Shown piece after piece: positions 1-10,177 of a stretch of DNA of 64,000 nucleotides. Made by a program: the position numbers and the translations under genes. Source of the stretch: a virus; IMG/VR virus record IMGVR_UViG_3300012642_000011, positions 32,001 through 96,000 of that record; one strand, 5' to 3'. Below the pieces are notes generated by a model, which worked only from the letters and a program-made list of their open reading frames with translations, was not told the DNA's origin and made no database searches. Position 1 is the stretch's first letter. Each line of letters starts with the position of its first letter.

Positions 1-1
1 G

Positions 2-141
2 TACTTAAGGTCTGGTCAGAATGCTGATGTGTGGAAGTTGATCGACCAGCTTAAGGACAAGGGCGTTGCTGCTCACATCACATTGAAGAAGACAGAGAGG
101 TCTAAGATTGCAGAGGTGGCATCTGCTATCTTGGAAAAGTG
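2..141 (+). CDS. 3' end of an upstream gene (partial; product not recognisable)
   Basis: Open frame from the window edge to a TGA at 139-141 (…GVAAHITLKKTERSKIAEVASAILEK*). No recognisable domain. Confidence 0.3.
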
Positions 142-285
142 ATGCTCTTCAGATCAAATAACTGAATAATTCAGAAGGCCGTTGACCCTATTGTGATATT
201 GAAAATAGAGTCAGCGGCCTTCTCTTTTTGTGTCTATTTAGAGAAAACTGATACCAGAACCAAAAAGACGAGCAGGAGAATAACC

Positions 286-3200
286 TTGAGCGGGAATGCA
301 AACTACCTGAGTTCTCAGTACACTTCACCAGTTGAGACGAAGAAGATCACATCTGTTTTCAATGCAGCCAGTGCGATTGCTCTGGCCTTAATTGTGCTTG
401 TGATGACCTTTCTTCCTTTAGGTATTTCTTCTCTTACAAATAATAATTCAGGTTCTCCCGATCAGCATTCTGTTTCTGTAGGTCAGGCAGAGGCATCATT
501 GTTCTGTAGCCCAGGACTAGGCGTTGGAATGGGTGATAAAAATGATTGGACTACACCACTAAGTACTTTCCCTAATGGAGAATCAGAGAACAGAGTATTC
601 ACTGCACAAGAGGCATTTGCTAACAACGCTTTCTTTGTCAACTTTTATGGTGAGAATGAGAACCCTGGCTGGTTCTTCTTTGCAAGAGATGTGAACCAAG
701 AGGCATGGGGTGAGAACCCACGCATGGAAGACATTCAGAGTTCACGAGGTGGCGCTGGGTGTATTATAAACCCTCTAGGAAGAACTGTTGCTAATCTTGG
801 TCTTGCACTTGCCAATGGATTCTCGTTTGTCTCAGGAGCGGTTATCAGTTGGGCGTTCAACCCTGAATTCATCTGCCAGCCAAATGCCCCAGAAGGCACA
901 GTATGCTTTAACCTTCTTGGATTTATTGGTGGAGATGGAGGAAGTGAAGAAGGTCTGATCGCTTCTCTCACCAAGAGTATTTATTTCCCTCTCCTTGTTT
1001 TGATGTCTGTGCTTTCTGGAATGTGGATTATTTGGGAAGGAGGCAAGAGACGAGTAAGGTCAGCACTAGGTGGAGCATTGTGGTCTATTGTCGTGGTTAT
1101 GCTCGGTATTGGATTCCTCGGTAACCCACAACTTCTTGCACGTGCCCCTATGGAGATCACTAACACCATGGCATCTTGTGTAATTGGCGTCATGGGTGGA
1201 GATAACTGTTTGACAGGAGAACGTGGTGTATCTTTGGTGCCTGAGAATGGTACATCATCAAGAGATAACCTGTGTGTTTCCTCATCAAATGGTTCTGGAA
1301 TTGGATCAGGAAAAACCATGTCCATGACAGTCAATTCCATTAATTGCCAAATTTGGAAGAGTTTTGTTCTTAACCCCATTTCCTACGGATCTTTTGGTAC
1401 AAGTTTTGAAAGACTTGATGCATATAGTCCTCAGGTTAGACCATTGATTGAGAAAGCAGGATATAGTCCAGAAGATTTCTGTGTCAACATGGGGTCAAGT
1501 AGGTCTGCTGACAGCATGAAGAATGGTATTCTCGTTCTAGACAAGTCAGATGTGCAGATTTGTAACTTGATGATCTATCAAGCATTCTTGTCTTCAAAGG
1601 CTTCAATGCAACCAGACATTACCATAGATGCTCTCAATAATCCTGAATCAAGAGACGCTGATTGGTATAAGTTGGTCAACGTCATTGCCCAAGATCAAGG
1701 AATGTGGTCTTCATGGAATTCCAATAATTCAATGGGATTCACAGAAGACTTGACCATGAGTGGATTGGCTGTCTTCATGTCCATTGTTGGTGGGCTGATC
1801 TTGATGGCTATTGGACTCTCTGCCCTCATGTTCTACATACTGTCTTTGATCATGTTGATCTTTGCTCCCTTCTTCTTGCTCTTTGCAGCACATCCAGGTA
1901 GAGGAAAGAGGATCTTCTTCGGCTGGCTTGAGAATGTTGTTGGCTACCTGATCAAATATGTCGTATCCGCTTTGTTCTTGGTCATCACTATAGCATTCTA
2001 TGGTGCAGCACTTGCAGGCATGGACAACATTTTGATGACTATGATTTTCATCATCCTTATCAGCCTTGTTCTGTGGTACTACAGGTCAGAAATAATGGAA
2101 CTCATTGGTCGTGTCAATATGGGTGGAGAACAGATAGGACGTAAGACCACTGATGCGCTTAAGCAGAGGTTCGGCAACGATGGAGAACGTTGGAAGAGAG
2201 TCAGCAGAAGTGCAATGGGCGGTGCTGTGGGATCAGCCTTTGCTGGTGGAAGCCTCAAGGCTGGAGTTGTGGATGGTGCAACCAGAGAACTCAAGAAGGG
2301 CAACACCACTCTGGCAGCCACTATGCGTGCTATGGATCGTACAAGCCTTCAGAACAGGAAAGAACTCAAGGCCAAGATGGAGCAGTCTGCAAATGCTGTC
2401 AGAAATGCAGAGGCTACACACAATGCAGCAGTCTCTTCTTACAACACTGTAAAGCAGGATGCAGAGGGAAGATCGGAATCTGTACGAGATCATCAGGCAA
2501 AGCTTTCTTATCTTGACCAGAACAAGAAGGCCAACGATCAGGCTGCTCAGGACGTACTCTATGACATGCAAGAATCCGAATACAATAAGCATCAACAATT
2601 CATTAATGACATCAATAATGATGAATCATTGAGTGATGAAGAGAAGCAGGAGGCCATCTCCCAGTTCGAGCAGACCAGTTCTACCAAGAGCAACCAGCAA
2701 ATGTATGCTGACCTTGCCGAGTTGAAAGAACTTGAAAATGCTATCCGTGACATGAAGTTGAACATTCAAGTTGCTGAAGCCAACGGCGAAGATACTACTG
2801 CGCTTGAGAATCAGTTGCAAGACCTCAAGGATGAGAAGCAAGAACTCATGGGAAGGCATTCTACTGAAGAATGGAACAATGCCAAGGAGAAGTTCGAGAT
2901 GGAGTTCGAAACCGAACTCTCTATCAGAGACATTGAGCGCTTTGATGCCGATTCCGAATCCGCAATGGTTGAGCATGTTGTGAAACTTGCTGAAGACAAA
3001 GAAGCACTTGCAAACATCTCTGATGATGTAACAAGTCGTGGAAATGATCTTGCTATTGCAGCATCTACATTGGCAGCATCAAAGATTGCTCATGATGCTT
3101 ACTCCAACAAATACTATGATTTGAATGCATCTGATCTGTACACCCACAAGGATGTTGAGAGGACAGAAAATGAAGTCATGAAGAGTCAGGATGTTCAAAG

Positions 3201-5976
3201 AGTCATTGATGGACAAATGACACCAGAAGAGTTCGCTGAGAAGTGGAACGGTGAAGACTACATGGACACCAACTACTACCAGAGATTCAGAGATTCTGAG
3301 AGAGTTATGGACCCTGAAGATGAATACGATGTTCAAGACTTCAAGGACAAATGGGGAAATGATGCTACACCATTGAACACTAATGCTCTCAAGGATAATG
3401 CAAATCTCTCTCACATAGAGGATGCTGATCGTTTTAGAAGAACATCTGAAGGTGTGTCTATTGATGAGTTTGACATGGACACCGCTTCAAGAAGAGACTT
3501 CAATTGGGAAGACACCATTGATCCTCGCGGTAATGATGATCCAAACGATCTCCCTAACGATGATGATCTAAGAGATCCTAACGGAAACGACGATCCAAAC
3601 GATCTTCCTGACGATGATAATGTCAACAGTGGTGATAATGAGGGTCCAAGAACACGCGACTATGAGCGCCCACTCGATAGCGATAGGACTACAGGCAGGT
3701 TTAATACCGCTGCTGATGATGAGCCTATTGATTACGAGATGCCTACGCCTGAAACCATGCCATATGGTTATGATGACTCTTATAGTGATGATCTGCCTGA
3801 TGATGACGATGCGCCATTCGTTGATCCTGTTACAAATGAGAATTATACTCAGGAAGAAGTCGAAGAGATGCAGGCTGCAGGCTACCAGTTCTCCACTCCT
3901 GATACTGACAAGCCATATACTCGTGAGGACTTGTCAAGATACAGTGATGAAGAGATCGCAGAAATGTATCCTGATCCTGCTGTATCTGAATCTGCAAGAG
4001 ACTTTGATGCTCCTGCACGAACCGCTGAGGACTTGTCAAGGTACAGTGATGAAGAGATCGCAGAGATGTACCCTGATCCTGCTGTATCTGAATCTGCAAG
4101 AGACTTTGATGCTCCTGCACGAACCGCTGAGGACTTGTCAAGGTACAGTGATGAAGAGATTGCAGAGATGTATCCTGATAACAGACCTGAAGTTTCATCT
4201 TCAACGGATCTTCCATCTGCAACAACACCTGTTGATACACGAGCAGAGACAGTACCACCTGTTGTTGTTCCTGTTGATCCAGTACAACAGCCACAGGACC
4301 AGCATGTTGATGCATCTTTTGACAGTACCTCAAGTCAGGACAGAAATGTGGACAGCGTACCTGAGGTGGAGACTCCTGTTGAAACCGACACAACAACTGC
4401 CCGTAACGAAAGACCAGTTCGTGATCAGGGACCAGTTCGTGACGAAGTACCAATGGCTGTTCCAACATCTGAGGACAGAAGAGTTCCTTCAGGAGAGATG
4501 CCTGATGTTATCCCTTCAACACCTGTAGAATCAATCGTTGACAGGCCAGATGAGACTCTGACACGAGTGGAATCTGCACCAGTTGAGGGAACACGAGATC
4601 CAGTGCAAACAGAGGAAGTTCGCACACCACGCTCATCTGATGAGACAAGTCGTGTAGTGAATGAGAACAATGATCGTGTGGTTCCAAGTGTTGACAACTC
4701 TGATGATAGAGCAGTCCCAACTCAAAATGACAATAATGTCTTGAGGGATGCCGAAAATGAGTTGAGAGATGCTGATGTTGCTAACAGAAATGCACAAGAG
4801 TACTTGAGGGCTGAGGCTGAAAGACTTGCTAGGGCACAGCAGGCAAATACTGATACTGTAGCAGACAGGGCGGTAGTAGCAGATAGCCTTTCTGAAGGGG
4901 CGATAAGAGATCTCCCATCAAGGTCTGACAACATGAATGATGCTGTTGTAGATAGAGAGGGTGTTGCTCCAACTATTCCTGTTAGGGAAGCCCCTGTTGC
5001 CTCTGAGAAGCGTCAGAATGAGTTCAGCGCACAATCACGTCAAGATGATGTGAGAGCGCCGCAGATCGATAGCAGTGCTCTTCCAGAGAACATTGTGGTA
5101 GATGATGCATCTTCTGTTGCTCCTACTCCATCTGTGGATCGCAATGTGGCAACTCCTGTAAACAACGTTGACACAACACCTGCTGAAAGCAGAAGAAGCA
5201 ATGTGGATGCAACAGAAGCAAGACCTGTAATTAACGAGACAAGGCAGGTTCCTTCTGAGAAGCCAGCAGTGGTAGAAAACAATGAGTCTGCACCTAGAGT
5301 GAATGACAGAATCGACAATGTAGTGATTGATAGAGATGCATCAGCAACTCCTTCAGACACCAGAACTGAGGCACCTAGAGCAGAAAAGGTTGAAACAGTT
5401 AAACCACAGCGTGATACACCTGTTGAGCCAAAGGTAGTGACTGTAGAGAAGGAAGTTCCTGCCGTTGTTGAGAGGACAGTTCCTTCAGAGAATAATGCAT
5501 CGCAGAGGGTAGTTGAGAATGATTCTCAGACACGTCCTTCTGGCGAGGGTTCTTCACAGAGACGTGATGGTGAGGAGACAACGTTGGCTGATAGAGTTGG
5601 ATCTTTCTTCAGAAGTAAGGATGAATCTTCTACTGCTGGAAATGATAGAAGAAGTGAAAATGTCGATTCTAACAGAGGTGAGAGCGATTCTACGAGACAA
5701 AAAGCAAGGTCTATCTCTGATAATGCTAGAAGAATCAGAGAGCAGGCAGAGGCGGCTTTGAGAGAGGCTGACAAGATCGGTTCTGAAGCAGACAGGGTAG
5801 AGAGAAATGTGGGAAGTCGAAACGTGGACCCACGAGGAACAATGGCTGATAGGGATACGGATTCTGAGGTAAGAAGATATATGTCTGAAAACAAATCTGA
5901 ACCTGACAATAAGCCTAAGTTGAGAAGGGTTGCTCCCAAGGTGGACAGAAGAATGAAGGAAGAGCGTGATTCGTGA
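286..5976 (+). CDS. Giant polytopic membrane protein, paralog 1, with VirB6/ConG-like topology, a coiled-coil core and an acidic repeat-rich cytoplasmic tail
   Basis: ORF track gives 193..5976. The likely true start is TTG 286, 7 nt after AGGAG at 274-278. The protein has a signal-anchor helix, a large extracytoplasmic domain, two clusters of 3-4 TM helices with a P-G-x-G motif (…FAAHPGRGKR…), and a ~1300-aa tail with coiled-coil and D/E/P-rich repeats. It is paralogous to 23000..27169 and 27166..30483. Confidence 0.55.
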   Translation: MSGNANYLSSQYTSPVETKKITSVFNAASAIALALIVLVMTFLPLGISSLTNNNSGSPDQHSVSVGQAEASLFCSPGLGVGMGDKNDWTTPLSTFPNGESENRVFTAQEAFANNAFFVNFYGENENPGWFFFARDVNQEAWGENPRMEDIQSSRGGAGCIINPLGRTVANLGLALANGFSFVSGAVISWAFNPEFICQPNAPEGTVCFNLLGFIGGDGGSEEGLIASLTKSIYFPLLVLMSVLSGMWIIWEGGKRRVRSALGGALWSIVVVMLGIGFLGNPQLLARAPMEITNTMASCVIGVMGGDNCLTGERGVSLVPENGTSSRDNLCVSSSNGSGIGSGKTMSMTVNSINCQIWKSFVLNPISYGSFGTSFERLDAYSPQVRPLIEKAGYSPEDFCVNMGSSRSADSMKNGILVLDKSDVQICNLMIYQAFLSSKASMQPDITIDALNNPESRDADWYKLVNVIAQDQGMWSSWNSNNSMGFTEDLTMSGLAVFMSIVGGLILMAIGLSALMFYILSLIMLIFAPFFLLFAAHPGRGKRIFFGWLENVVGYLIKYVVSALFLVITIAFYGAALAGMDNILMTMIFIILISLVLWYYRSEIMELIGRVNMGGEQIGRKTTDALKQRFGNDGERWKRVSRSAMGGAVGSAFAGGSLKAGVVDGATRELKKGNTTLAATMRAMDRTSLQNRKELKAKMEQSANAVRNAEATHNAAVSSYNTVKQDAEGRSESVRDHQAKLSYLDQNKKANDQAAQDVLYDMQESEYNKHQQFINDINNDESLSDEEKQEAISQFEQTSSTKSNQQMYADLAELKELENAIRDMKLNIQVAEANGEDTTALENQLQDLKDEKQELMGRHSTEEWNNAKEKFEMEFETELSIRDIERFDADSESAMVEHVVKLAEDKEALANISDDVTSRGNDLAIAASTLAASKIAHDAYSNKYYDLNASDLYTHKDVERTENEVMKSQDVQRVIDGQMTPEEFAEKWNGEDYMDTNYYQRFRDSERVMDPEDEYDVQDFKDKWGNDATPLNTNALKDNANLSHIEDADRFRRTSEGVSIDEFDMDTASRRDFNWEDTIDPRGNDDPNDLPNDDDLRDPNGNDDPNDLPDDDNVNSGDNEGPRTRDYERPLDSDRTTGRFNTAADDEPIDYEMPTPETMPYGYDDSYSDDLPDDDDAPFVDPVTNENYTQEEVEEMQAAGYQFSTPDTDKPYTREDLSRYSDEEIAEMYPDPAVSESARDFDAPARTAEDLSRYSDEEIAEMYPDPAVSESARDFDAPARTAEDLSRYSDEEIAEMYPDNRPEVSSSTDLPSATTPVDTRAETVPPVVVPVDPVQQPQDQHVDASFDSTSSQDRNVDSVPEVETPVETDTTTARNERPVRDQGPVRDEVPMAVPTSEDRRVPSGEMPDVIPSTPVESIVDRPDETLTRVESAPVEGTRDPVQTEEVRTPRSSDETSRVVNENNDRVVPSVDNSDDRAVPTQNDNNVLRDAENELRDADVANRNAQEYLRAEAERLARAQQANTDTVADRAVVADSLSEGAIRDLPSRSDNMNDAVVDREGVAPTIPVREAPVASEKRQNEFSAQSRQDDVRAPQIDSSALPENIVVDDASSVAPTPSVDRNVATPVNNVDTTPAESRRSNVDATEARPVINETRQVPSEKPAVVENNESAPRVNDRIDNVVIDRDASATPSDTRTEAPRAEKVETVKPQRDTPVEPKVVTVEKEVPAVVERTVPSENNASQRVVENDSQTRPSGEGSSQRRDGEETTLADRVGSFFRSKDESSTAGNDRRSENVDSNRGESDSTRQKARSISDNARRIREQAEAALREADKIGSEADRVERNVGSRNVDPRGTMADRDTDSEVRRYMSENKSEPDNKPKLRRVAPKVDRRMKEERDS
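3526..3633 (+). repeat. Two tandem in-frame copies of an ~54-bp (18-aa) acidic unit, GNDDPNDLP(N/D)DDD
   Basis: Direct reading of the sequence: …GNDDPNDLPNDDDLRDPNGNDDPNDLPDDDN…. Confidence 0.5.
3925..4195 (+). repeat. Tandem 102-bp (34-aa) repeat, ~2.7 copies (EDLSRYSDEEIAEMYPDPAVSESARDFDAPARTA)
   Basis: Copies start at 3925, 4027 and 4129. Copies 1 and 2 differ at 3 positions, all synonymous. Confidence 0.9.
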
Positions 5977-7391
5977 TGGCTTTGAAGGATGATCTAAAAT
6001 CAAAGGCCGTTGATGCTGTTTCTTCTAATTCAGAAAGAATTCAGAAAACAAGAGATACGATTCGTCGTGCTCGGAAAGTTGCGCAACTTTCAACTTCCAC
6101 TTTCTCCAACTTGGCTTCTGTTTTAATGAATCCTGCAACATGGGTCGCTGCTCTCGTTGTGGCTCTTTTATTCAGTATTGTCGTTGGCGGAATGGCTGTT
6201 TCTCAAACTTTTGGAAGGAATGAGAATGCTGATGGTTGCTTTGGAATCGGTGGTCCCAGAGGCAAAGGAGGCGGAAGTGTAAACGTTCCCGATACAGGAG
6301 ACATGTGGGGAAATGCTAATGCTATTGCTACATGGCTATTGTCTCATAACTTTGCTGTTCTGGGAAACAAGCCAATGACTTTGAATCAGGCTGCTGGAAT
6401 CCTTGGAAACTGGGGTCAGGAGTCAATGTATAACCCTTCTGCAGTTCAGCCCGGTCAATCAAGGCCAGATTTAAGCAATGAAGAGATCCTTTCATGGGGA
6501 GATGTCGGAGGAAAGGCTATTGGTCTTGCTCAGTGGGATGGTGTTCGTCGTCCACGATTAGTCCAGTTTGCTCAAGAGAGGGGTGTTCAATGGAATGATA
6601 TGTCAATCCAACTTGAATTCTTTGCTTATGAACTTGAGAATGAGATGTCTGTGATGACTTTTGAATTTGGATTCAATGACATCACCAAGAATGCAGAAGA
6701 AATGGTGATTGCATTTGAGAAGGGATTCGAGCGAGCAGGAAAGCCACACTATGAAAGAAGAATCCAGTTCGCCAATGACTTCCTTGCACAGTTCAATGGC
6801 GGTTATGCTGGTGGAACATCAGGTGGAAGTTGTACTATGAATTCTGCCAATACTTTAGATACATCTGATGTTGCACAGTTGGCTGCAAGACTGTCATACC
6901 CAACATCAGGTCAATCTTATGTTGATCCTAGTGATCTCAGTGGTCAGTCTGTGGCTAAAGCAGAGTATATTCAGGCTAAGAAGCAGGCTATGGATACAGC
7001 AGACAGAGATCCTTTGGAAACCCTGTATGCGTCTTGTGACCGATTTGTTGCTACAGTATTAAAACTTACTGTGGATAAGAATGTCCCATGGGGAGCAACA
7101 AGTCATCAGACTGAGTACTTTGCTAATTCTCCTAACTGGGAGAGGTACACAAAGAAGTCTGAAGCAAAGCCGGGAGACGTTTGGGTAACACAAACAAGTG
7201 GTCACATCATCCTTTATATTGGTGATGTGAACGGAACTGACAGTATTGCCCATGCATCTTATCAGGATAGGGTTGCTGGAATCGATCCATCTAGTTATTT
7301 GAATGAAAATTTGGTAGATACAAGTGGTAGAGCATACTACGGTTACAGGTTTGTGGGAGAGAGGTCTGGAAATGGCGAACTGGTTTATTGA
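5976..7391 (+). CDS. CwlT-like bifunctional cell-wall hydrolase with an N-terminal TM anchor, a lysozyme-like/muramidase domain and a C-terminal NlpC/P60- or CHAP-like peptidase
   Basis: Start overlaps the upstream stop (TGATG). The motifs GILGNWGQES…GLAQWDG…LVQFAQERG resemble the phage/ICE muramidase family. The C-terminal …KPGDVWVTQTSGHIILYIGDVNG… resembles an NlpC/P60 or CHAP core. The gene sits directly downstream of the VirB6-like giant gene, as cwlT follows conG in ICEBs1. Confidence 0.65.
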   Translation: MALKDDLKSKAVDAVSSNSERIQKTRDTIRRARKVAQLSTSTFSNLASVLMNPATWVAALVVALLFSIVVGGMAVSQTFGRNENADGCFGIGGPRGKGGGSVNVPDTGDMWGNANAIATWLLSHNFAVLGNKPMTLNQAAGILGNWGQESMYNPSAVQPGQSRPDLSNEEILSWGDVGGKAIGLAQWDGVRRPRLVQFAQERGVQWNDMSIQLEFFAYELENEMSVMTFEFGFNDITKNAEEMVIAFEKGFERAGKPHYERRIQFANDFLAQFNGGYAGGTSGGSCTMNSANTLDTSDVAQLAARLSYPTSGQSYVDPSDLSGQSVAKAEYIQAKKQAMDTADRDPLETLYASCDRFVATVLKLTVDKNVPWGATSHQTEYFANSPNWERYTKKSEAKPGDVWVTQTSGHIILYIGDVNGTDSIAHASYQDRVAGIDPSSYLNENLVDTSGRAYYGYRFVGERSGNGELVY

Positions 7392-8331
7392 TGAATCAGG
7401 CAAGACAAAAGTGGTGCCCGCTGCCATTTTGAGCATTGTGATCGTCGCTATAGTGATAGGTGTTACTATTTTAGTGACCAATCTGATGGGCGGAGATGAA
7501 GAGAACATCAAAGCTGAACTCTCTTCTGATCAAATCAGTGAGGCTAAAACGGAGGCTTCTGAATTCATTCGTGAGGATGGAACTTTTGGTATCAGGTTGG
7601 ATTCTCTCAGTGATAAAAACGTCTGGGAAGCATCATCTGTAATCAATCATGATGGTGTTGACGTTGATCGATACTATGTTTCGCGTTCAGATGTCTATGA
7701 GTCCTTGAGATCAAGGATTTTGAATAATTCTCCTGTGTCTTACAGCACAAATGCTGTTTCTCAGTGGGATAGGCTTGAGGCATCTAAGATGACTGGTTTT
7801 AAAATTAACAATGTCTCTTCTGAAGTTGTTTCTGATCCATATTTCCTTTCTCAAGGAGAAGGGAAGAATACTATTGCAGTTGATATCAAGGTGAATTTTG
7901 AATCACTTCAGAGAGAGTTTCAAAAAACTGCTGATGATGTGAGTTGGGATGGTAAGTTCAATGTGAATGAGCAGACATATAATGATTCTGCAGTGTTGAC
8001 AATGACTTCAGCAGGAAATGGATGGAATGTTTATAATGTTAAAGATATTCAGCATCCTTTCCTTTTGGCTACATGGTCGAACCCCAATATCTCTGACATG
8101 AGTGAAGGGTATGGAGAATTCATCACTGTAGAGCAATGGCAGAGTTCTGCTAAGAAGTTGGAACCTTCTGATCTTCCTAAGCCAACATCAGTTCCCAGCC
8201 CCAATTCCACGTATACAGGTTCGGGTTATCCAGGTATGAAACCTTCAAGTACTCCTTCTAAGTCTGACGCAAAGCCAGAGCCTGCAAATACGAGTTCCCC
8301 ATCCCCTTCTTCAAGCAAAGGAAGTAATTGA
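7372..8331 (+). CDS. Membrane-anchored secreted protein with an S/P-rich C-terminus
   Basis: ATG 7372 overlaps the upstream gene. There is an N-terminal TM (AAILSIVIVAIVIGVTILV) and an S/P/T-rich C-terminal linker. Confidence 0.5.
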   Translation: MANWFIDESGKTKVVPAAILSIVIVAIVIGVTILVTNLMGGDEENIKAELSSDQISEAKTEASEFIREDGTFGIRLDSLSDKNVWEASSVINHDGVDVDRYYVSRSDVYESLRSRILNNSPVSYSTNAVSQWDRLEASKMTGFKINNVSSEVVSDPYFLSQGEGKNTIAVDIKVNFESLQREFQKTADDVSWDGKFNVNEQTYNDSAVLTMTSAGNGWNVYNVKDIQHPFLLATWSNPNISDMSEGYGEFITVEQWQSSAKKLEPSDLPKPTSVPSPNSTYTGSGYPGMKPSSTPSKSDAKPEPANTSSPSPSSSKGSN

Positions 8332-8332
8332 C

Positions 8333-8857
8333 ATGAGTAATATTGAGAACAATGAGGAAGAGAACAAGGAAAGAGATCTTTCTATTGATGAGTTCAATTC
8401 CATGATGGGAGTAGAGGAAGTTGAAGTCGTAGAGGAAGAGGAATCTGATCCTTATCTGGAAGATGATTTGAGAAGGTTGAACTCAGATGACTTCTTGATT
8501 GATGGTGATGATTACTCTGCTATTATTGATCAGTATGATGGCATTATCTCGTGGAGGCTTGAAGGCTATAGGGACCAAGATACAGGCGATATCGTCAGTG
8601 CTAAAAAAATGAGGAATGATCCTCCTACATTGATTGTTGAAAACAACAACGGGGATGTTATCAATTTTAAAATCACTCAGGAACTTGCAAGAACACTTTC
8701 CTCATCATTGAATGACATATATGAAACAATGTCAGGGAAGAAGAGAGTGAGTCATTCTACTGACAAGGACATCATTGAGTGGTTGTCTAAAAATAAGATC
8801 AAAACCGGCTTTCTTCTTGCTTTCATTATCCTTTTGATCTTCATGATAGTCATCTGA
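8333..8857 (+). CDS. Acidic tail-anchored membrane protein
   Basis: D/E-rich N-terminus and a single C-terminal TM (GFLLAFIILLIFMIVI). Uninterrupted ORF. Confidence 0.5.
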   Translation: MSNIENNEEENKERDLSIDEFNSMMGVEEVEVVEEEESDPYLEDDLRRLNSDDFLIDGDDYSAIIDQYDGIISWRLEGYRDQDTGDIVSAKKMRNDPPTLIVENNNGDVINFKITQELARTLSSSLNDIYETMSGKKRVSHSTDKDIIEWLSKNKIKTGFLLAFIILLIFMIVI

Positions 8858-8893
8858 TATTTCGTTTCAAAGAAGCAATGAAGGATAGATAAA

Positions 8894-9439
8894 ATGTCTC
8901 AAACACGAGTTTCCAAGACGGCTGTCGCAAAATTGAATGTCTCTATTATTGTCAAAACAATTACATTCTCTATTGTGTTAGCGTTCTTGCTGTATACAGT
9001 GATGTCACTGACACTTCTTAGAGTAATTCCTAACACATCTGGTGTTGGTGCATTAGGTGGTCATGTAGCACCTGTGAGGAATAACATTTTCCCTGGAGGA
9101 AATATTACAGCAGGTAATTTTGCAATTGTGAACACTACTCAAGAACAGGGTGAAAGCATTGTTGATCGTGCCCGTCAGTCTTTCATTCCGCAGAAAAACG
9201 TGGCAAAGGTGGAGATTCTTTCTGGACCATTTGGGAAGATCTCTGAATCAGGTGATGGTGCTTTCACTGTTGACAATGTTCCTATGGATGGAGTATTGCC
9301 CCAGTCAGCAGAAGGAAAGAAACTTCTTGATAATGAGTATGTTGCCAAGTGTGTTGAGGGAGCATGTAACAAGGGAGAATTGATGATTCTTCCTGCAAAC
9401 AATGTGTATGGTTTACCCTTAGATGAGGAGGTAAAGTGA
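8894..9439 (+). CDS. Secreted or membrane-anchored protein of unknown function
   Basis: RBS aaggatag; N-terminal TM/signal (ITFSIVLAFLLYTVMSLTLL). Confidence 0.5.
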   Translation: MSQTRVSKTAVAKLNVSIIVKTITFSIVLAFLLYTVMSLTLLRVIPNTSGVGALGGHVAPVRNNIFPGGNITAGNFAIVNTTQEQGESIVDRARQSFIPQKNVAKVEILSGPFGKISESGDGAFTVDNVPMDGVLPQSAEGKKLLDNEYVAKCVEGACNKGELMILPANNVYGLPLDEEVK

Positions 9440-9673
9440 ATGAGGTTTGAAGATCTTGTAGGTGAGAAACAAAAAGAGCCTGAGAAGAGAGTAGTTCAAG
9501 ACCTGAAGAGGACAGATAAGAAAGTCAAGGGGATTAAGAAGTACCGTTCATCCTCTGTTAAGCCAAGCACTTTTGTCTTGAACGTGATTTTTGTCAGAAC
9601 CGTTGCTTCTTTGATTGCAATCGGTTTGATTGTATGGTTCGTATGGTGGATGATTTCTCTTTACTCTGGCTGA
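9440..9673 (+). CDS. Small basic protein with a C-terminal TM helix
   Basis: Start overlaps the upstream stop (TGAATG). K/R-rich N-terminus followed by a TM (VASLIAIGLIVWFVWWMISL). Confidence 0.4.
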   Translation: MRFEDLVGEKQKEPEKRVVQDLKRTDKKVKGIKKYRSSSVKPSTFVLNVIFVRTVASLIAIGLIVWFVWWMISLYSG

Positions 9674-9721
9674 GATCAAAGTTGACAAAACCACAGTGTA
9701 AGGTTATCGTGATGATGAGAC

Positions 9722-10177
9722 ATGAGAAAGGAGGGGGATGTGAACAAAGAGAACATACACAGTATGACTGTCTTGGATACTTTGGTTGCAATGAGATCTT
9801 CCTCTCAAGACGTTTCTTCTGTTAAACAGTTGACTGATCATCTCGAAACTCTTTCTCGTAATAATGAGACTAAAGTACAGCAACATCTCTATTCTTACTT
9901 GAATCAGATCATCATGAATGCGTTAAAGAAGAATAAAGTTGATTCTTTTCTGATTTCCGATATGGAGATCAGAGTGAGGATATATGAGATCGATGGTCAC
10001 TATCGTTGCGCTTTGGCTTTGGCAATTATTCCTTCTTTAGATTTTCCTGTTGATTCTGATGCTATTTTGAAGAGCATTGTTTTTGCTGTGAAGAAGTTGG
10101 GATTGCAGTATTTTGTCAACGATATCTGTATTAATGATAAACAGGCGATACTACGAGGTGATCTGGATGAGTACTGA
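9722..10177 (+). CDS. Hypothetical protein
   Basis: Uninterrupted ORF on the coding strand. Start uncertain (ATG 9722 or ATG 9764). Confidence 0.4.
   Translation: MRKEGDVNKENIHSMTVLDTLVAMRSSSQDVSSVKQLTDHLETLSRNNETKVQQHLYSYLNQIIMNALKKNKVDSFLISDMEIRVRIYEIDGHYRCALALAIIPSLDFPVDSDAILKSIVFAVKKLGLQYFVNDICINDKQAILRGDLDEY

Noticed and set aside
3925-4195. Possible CRISPR-like array (regular repeats)
   Set aside because: The repeats are directly tandem with no spacers (102-bp period), in-frame within a CDS. No other repeat-spacer structure and no cas genes are present in the window.
3614-4528. 304-aa + strand ORF in an alternate frame inside giant gene 1
   Set aside because: It lies within the tandem-repeat/acidic region of the 1927-aa ORF. 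Its low-complexity composition (L/Q/H-rich) is a typical frame artefact of repetitive coding DNA.
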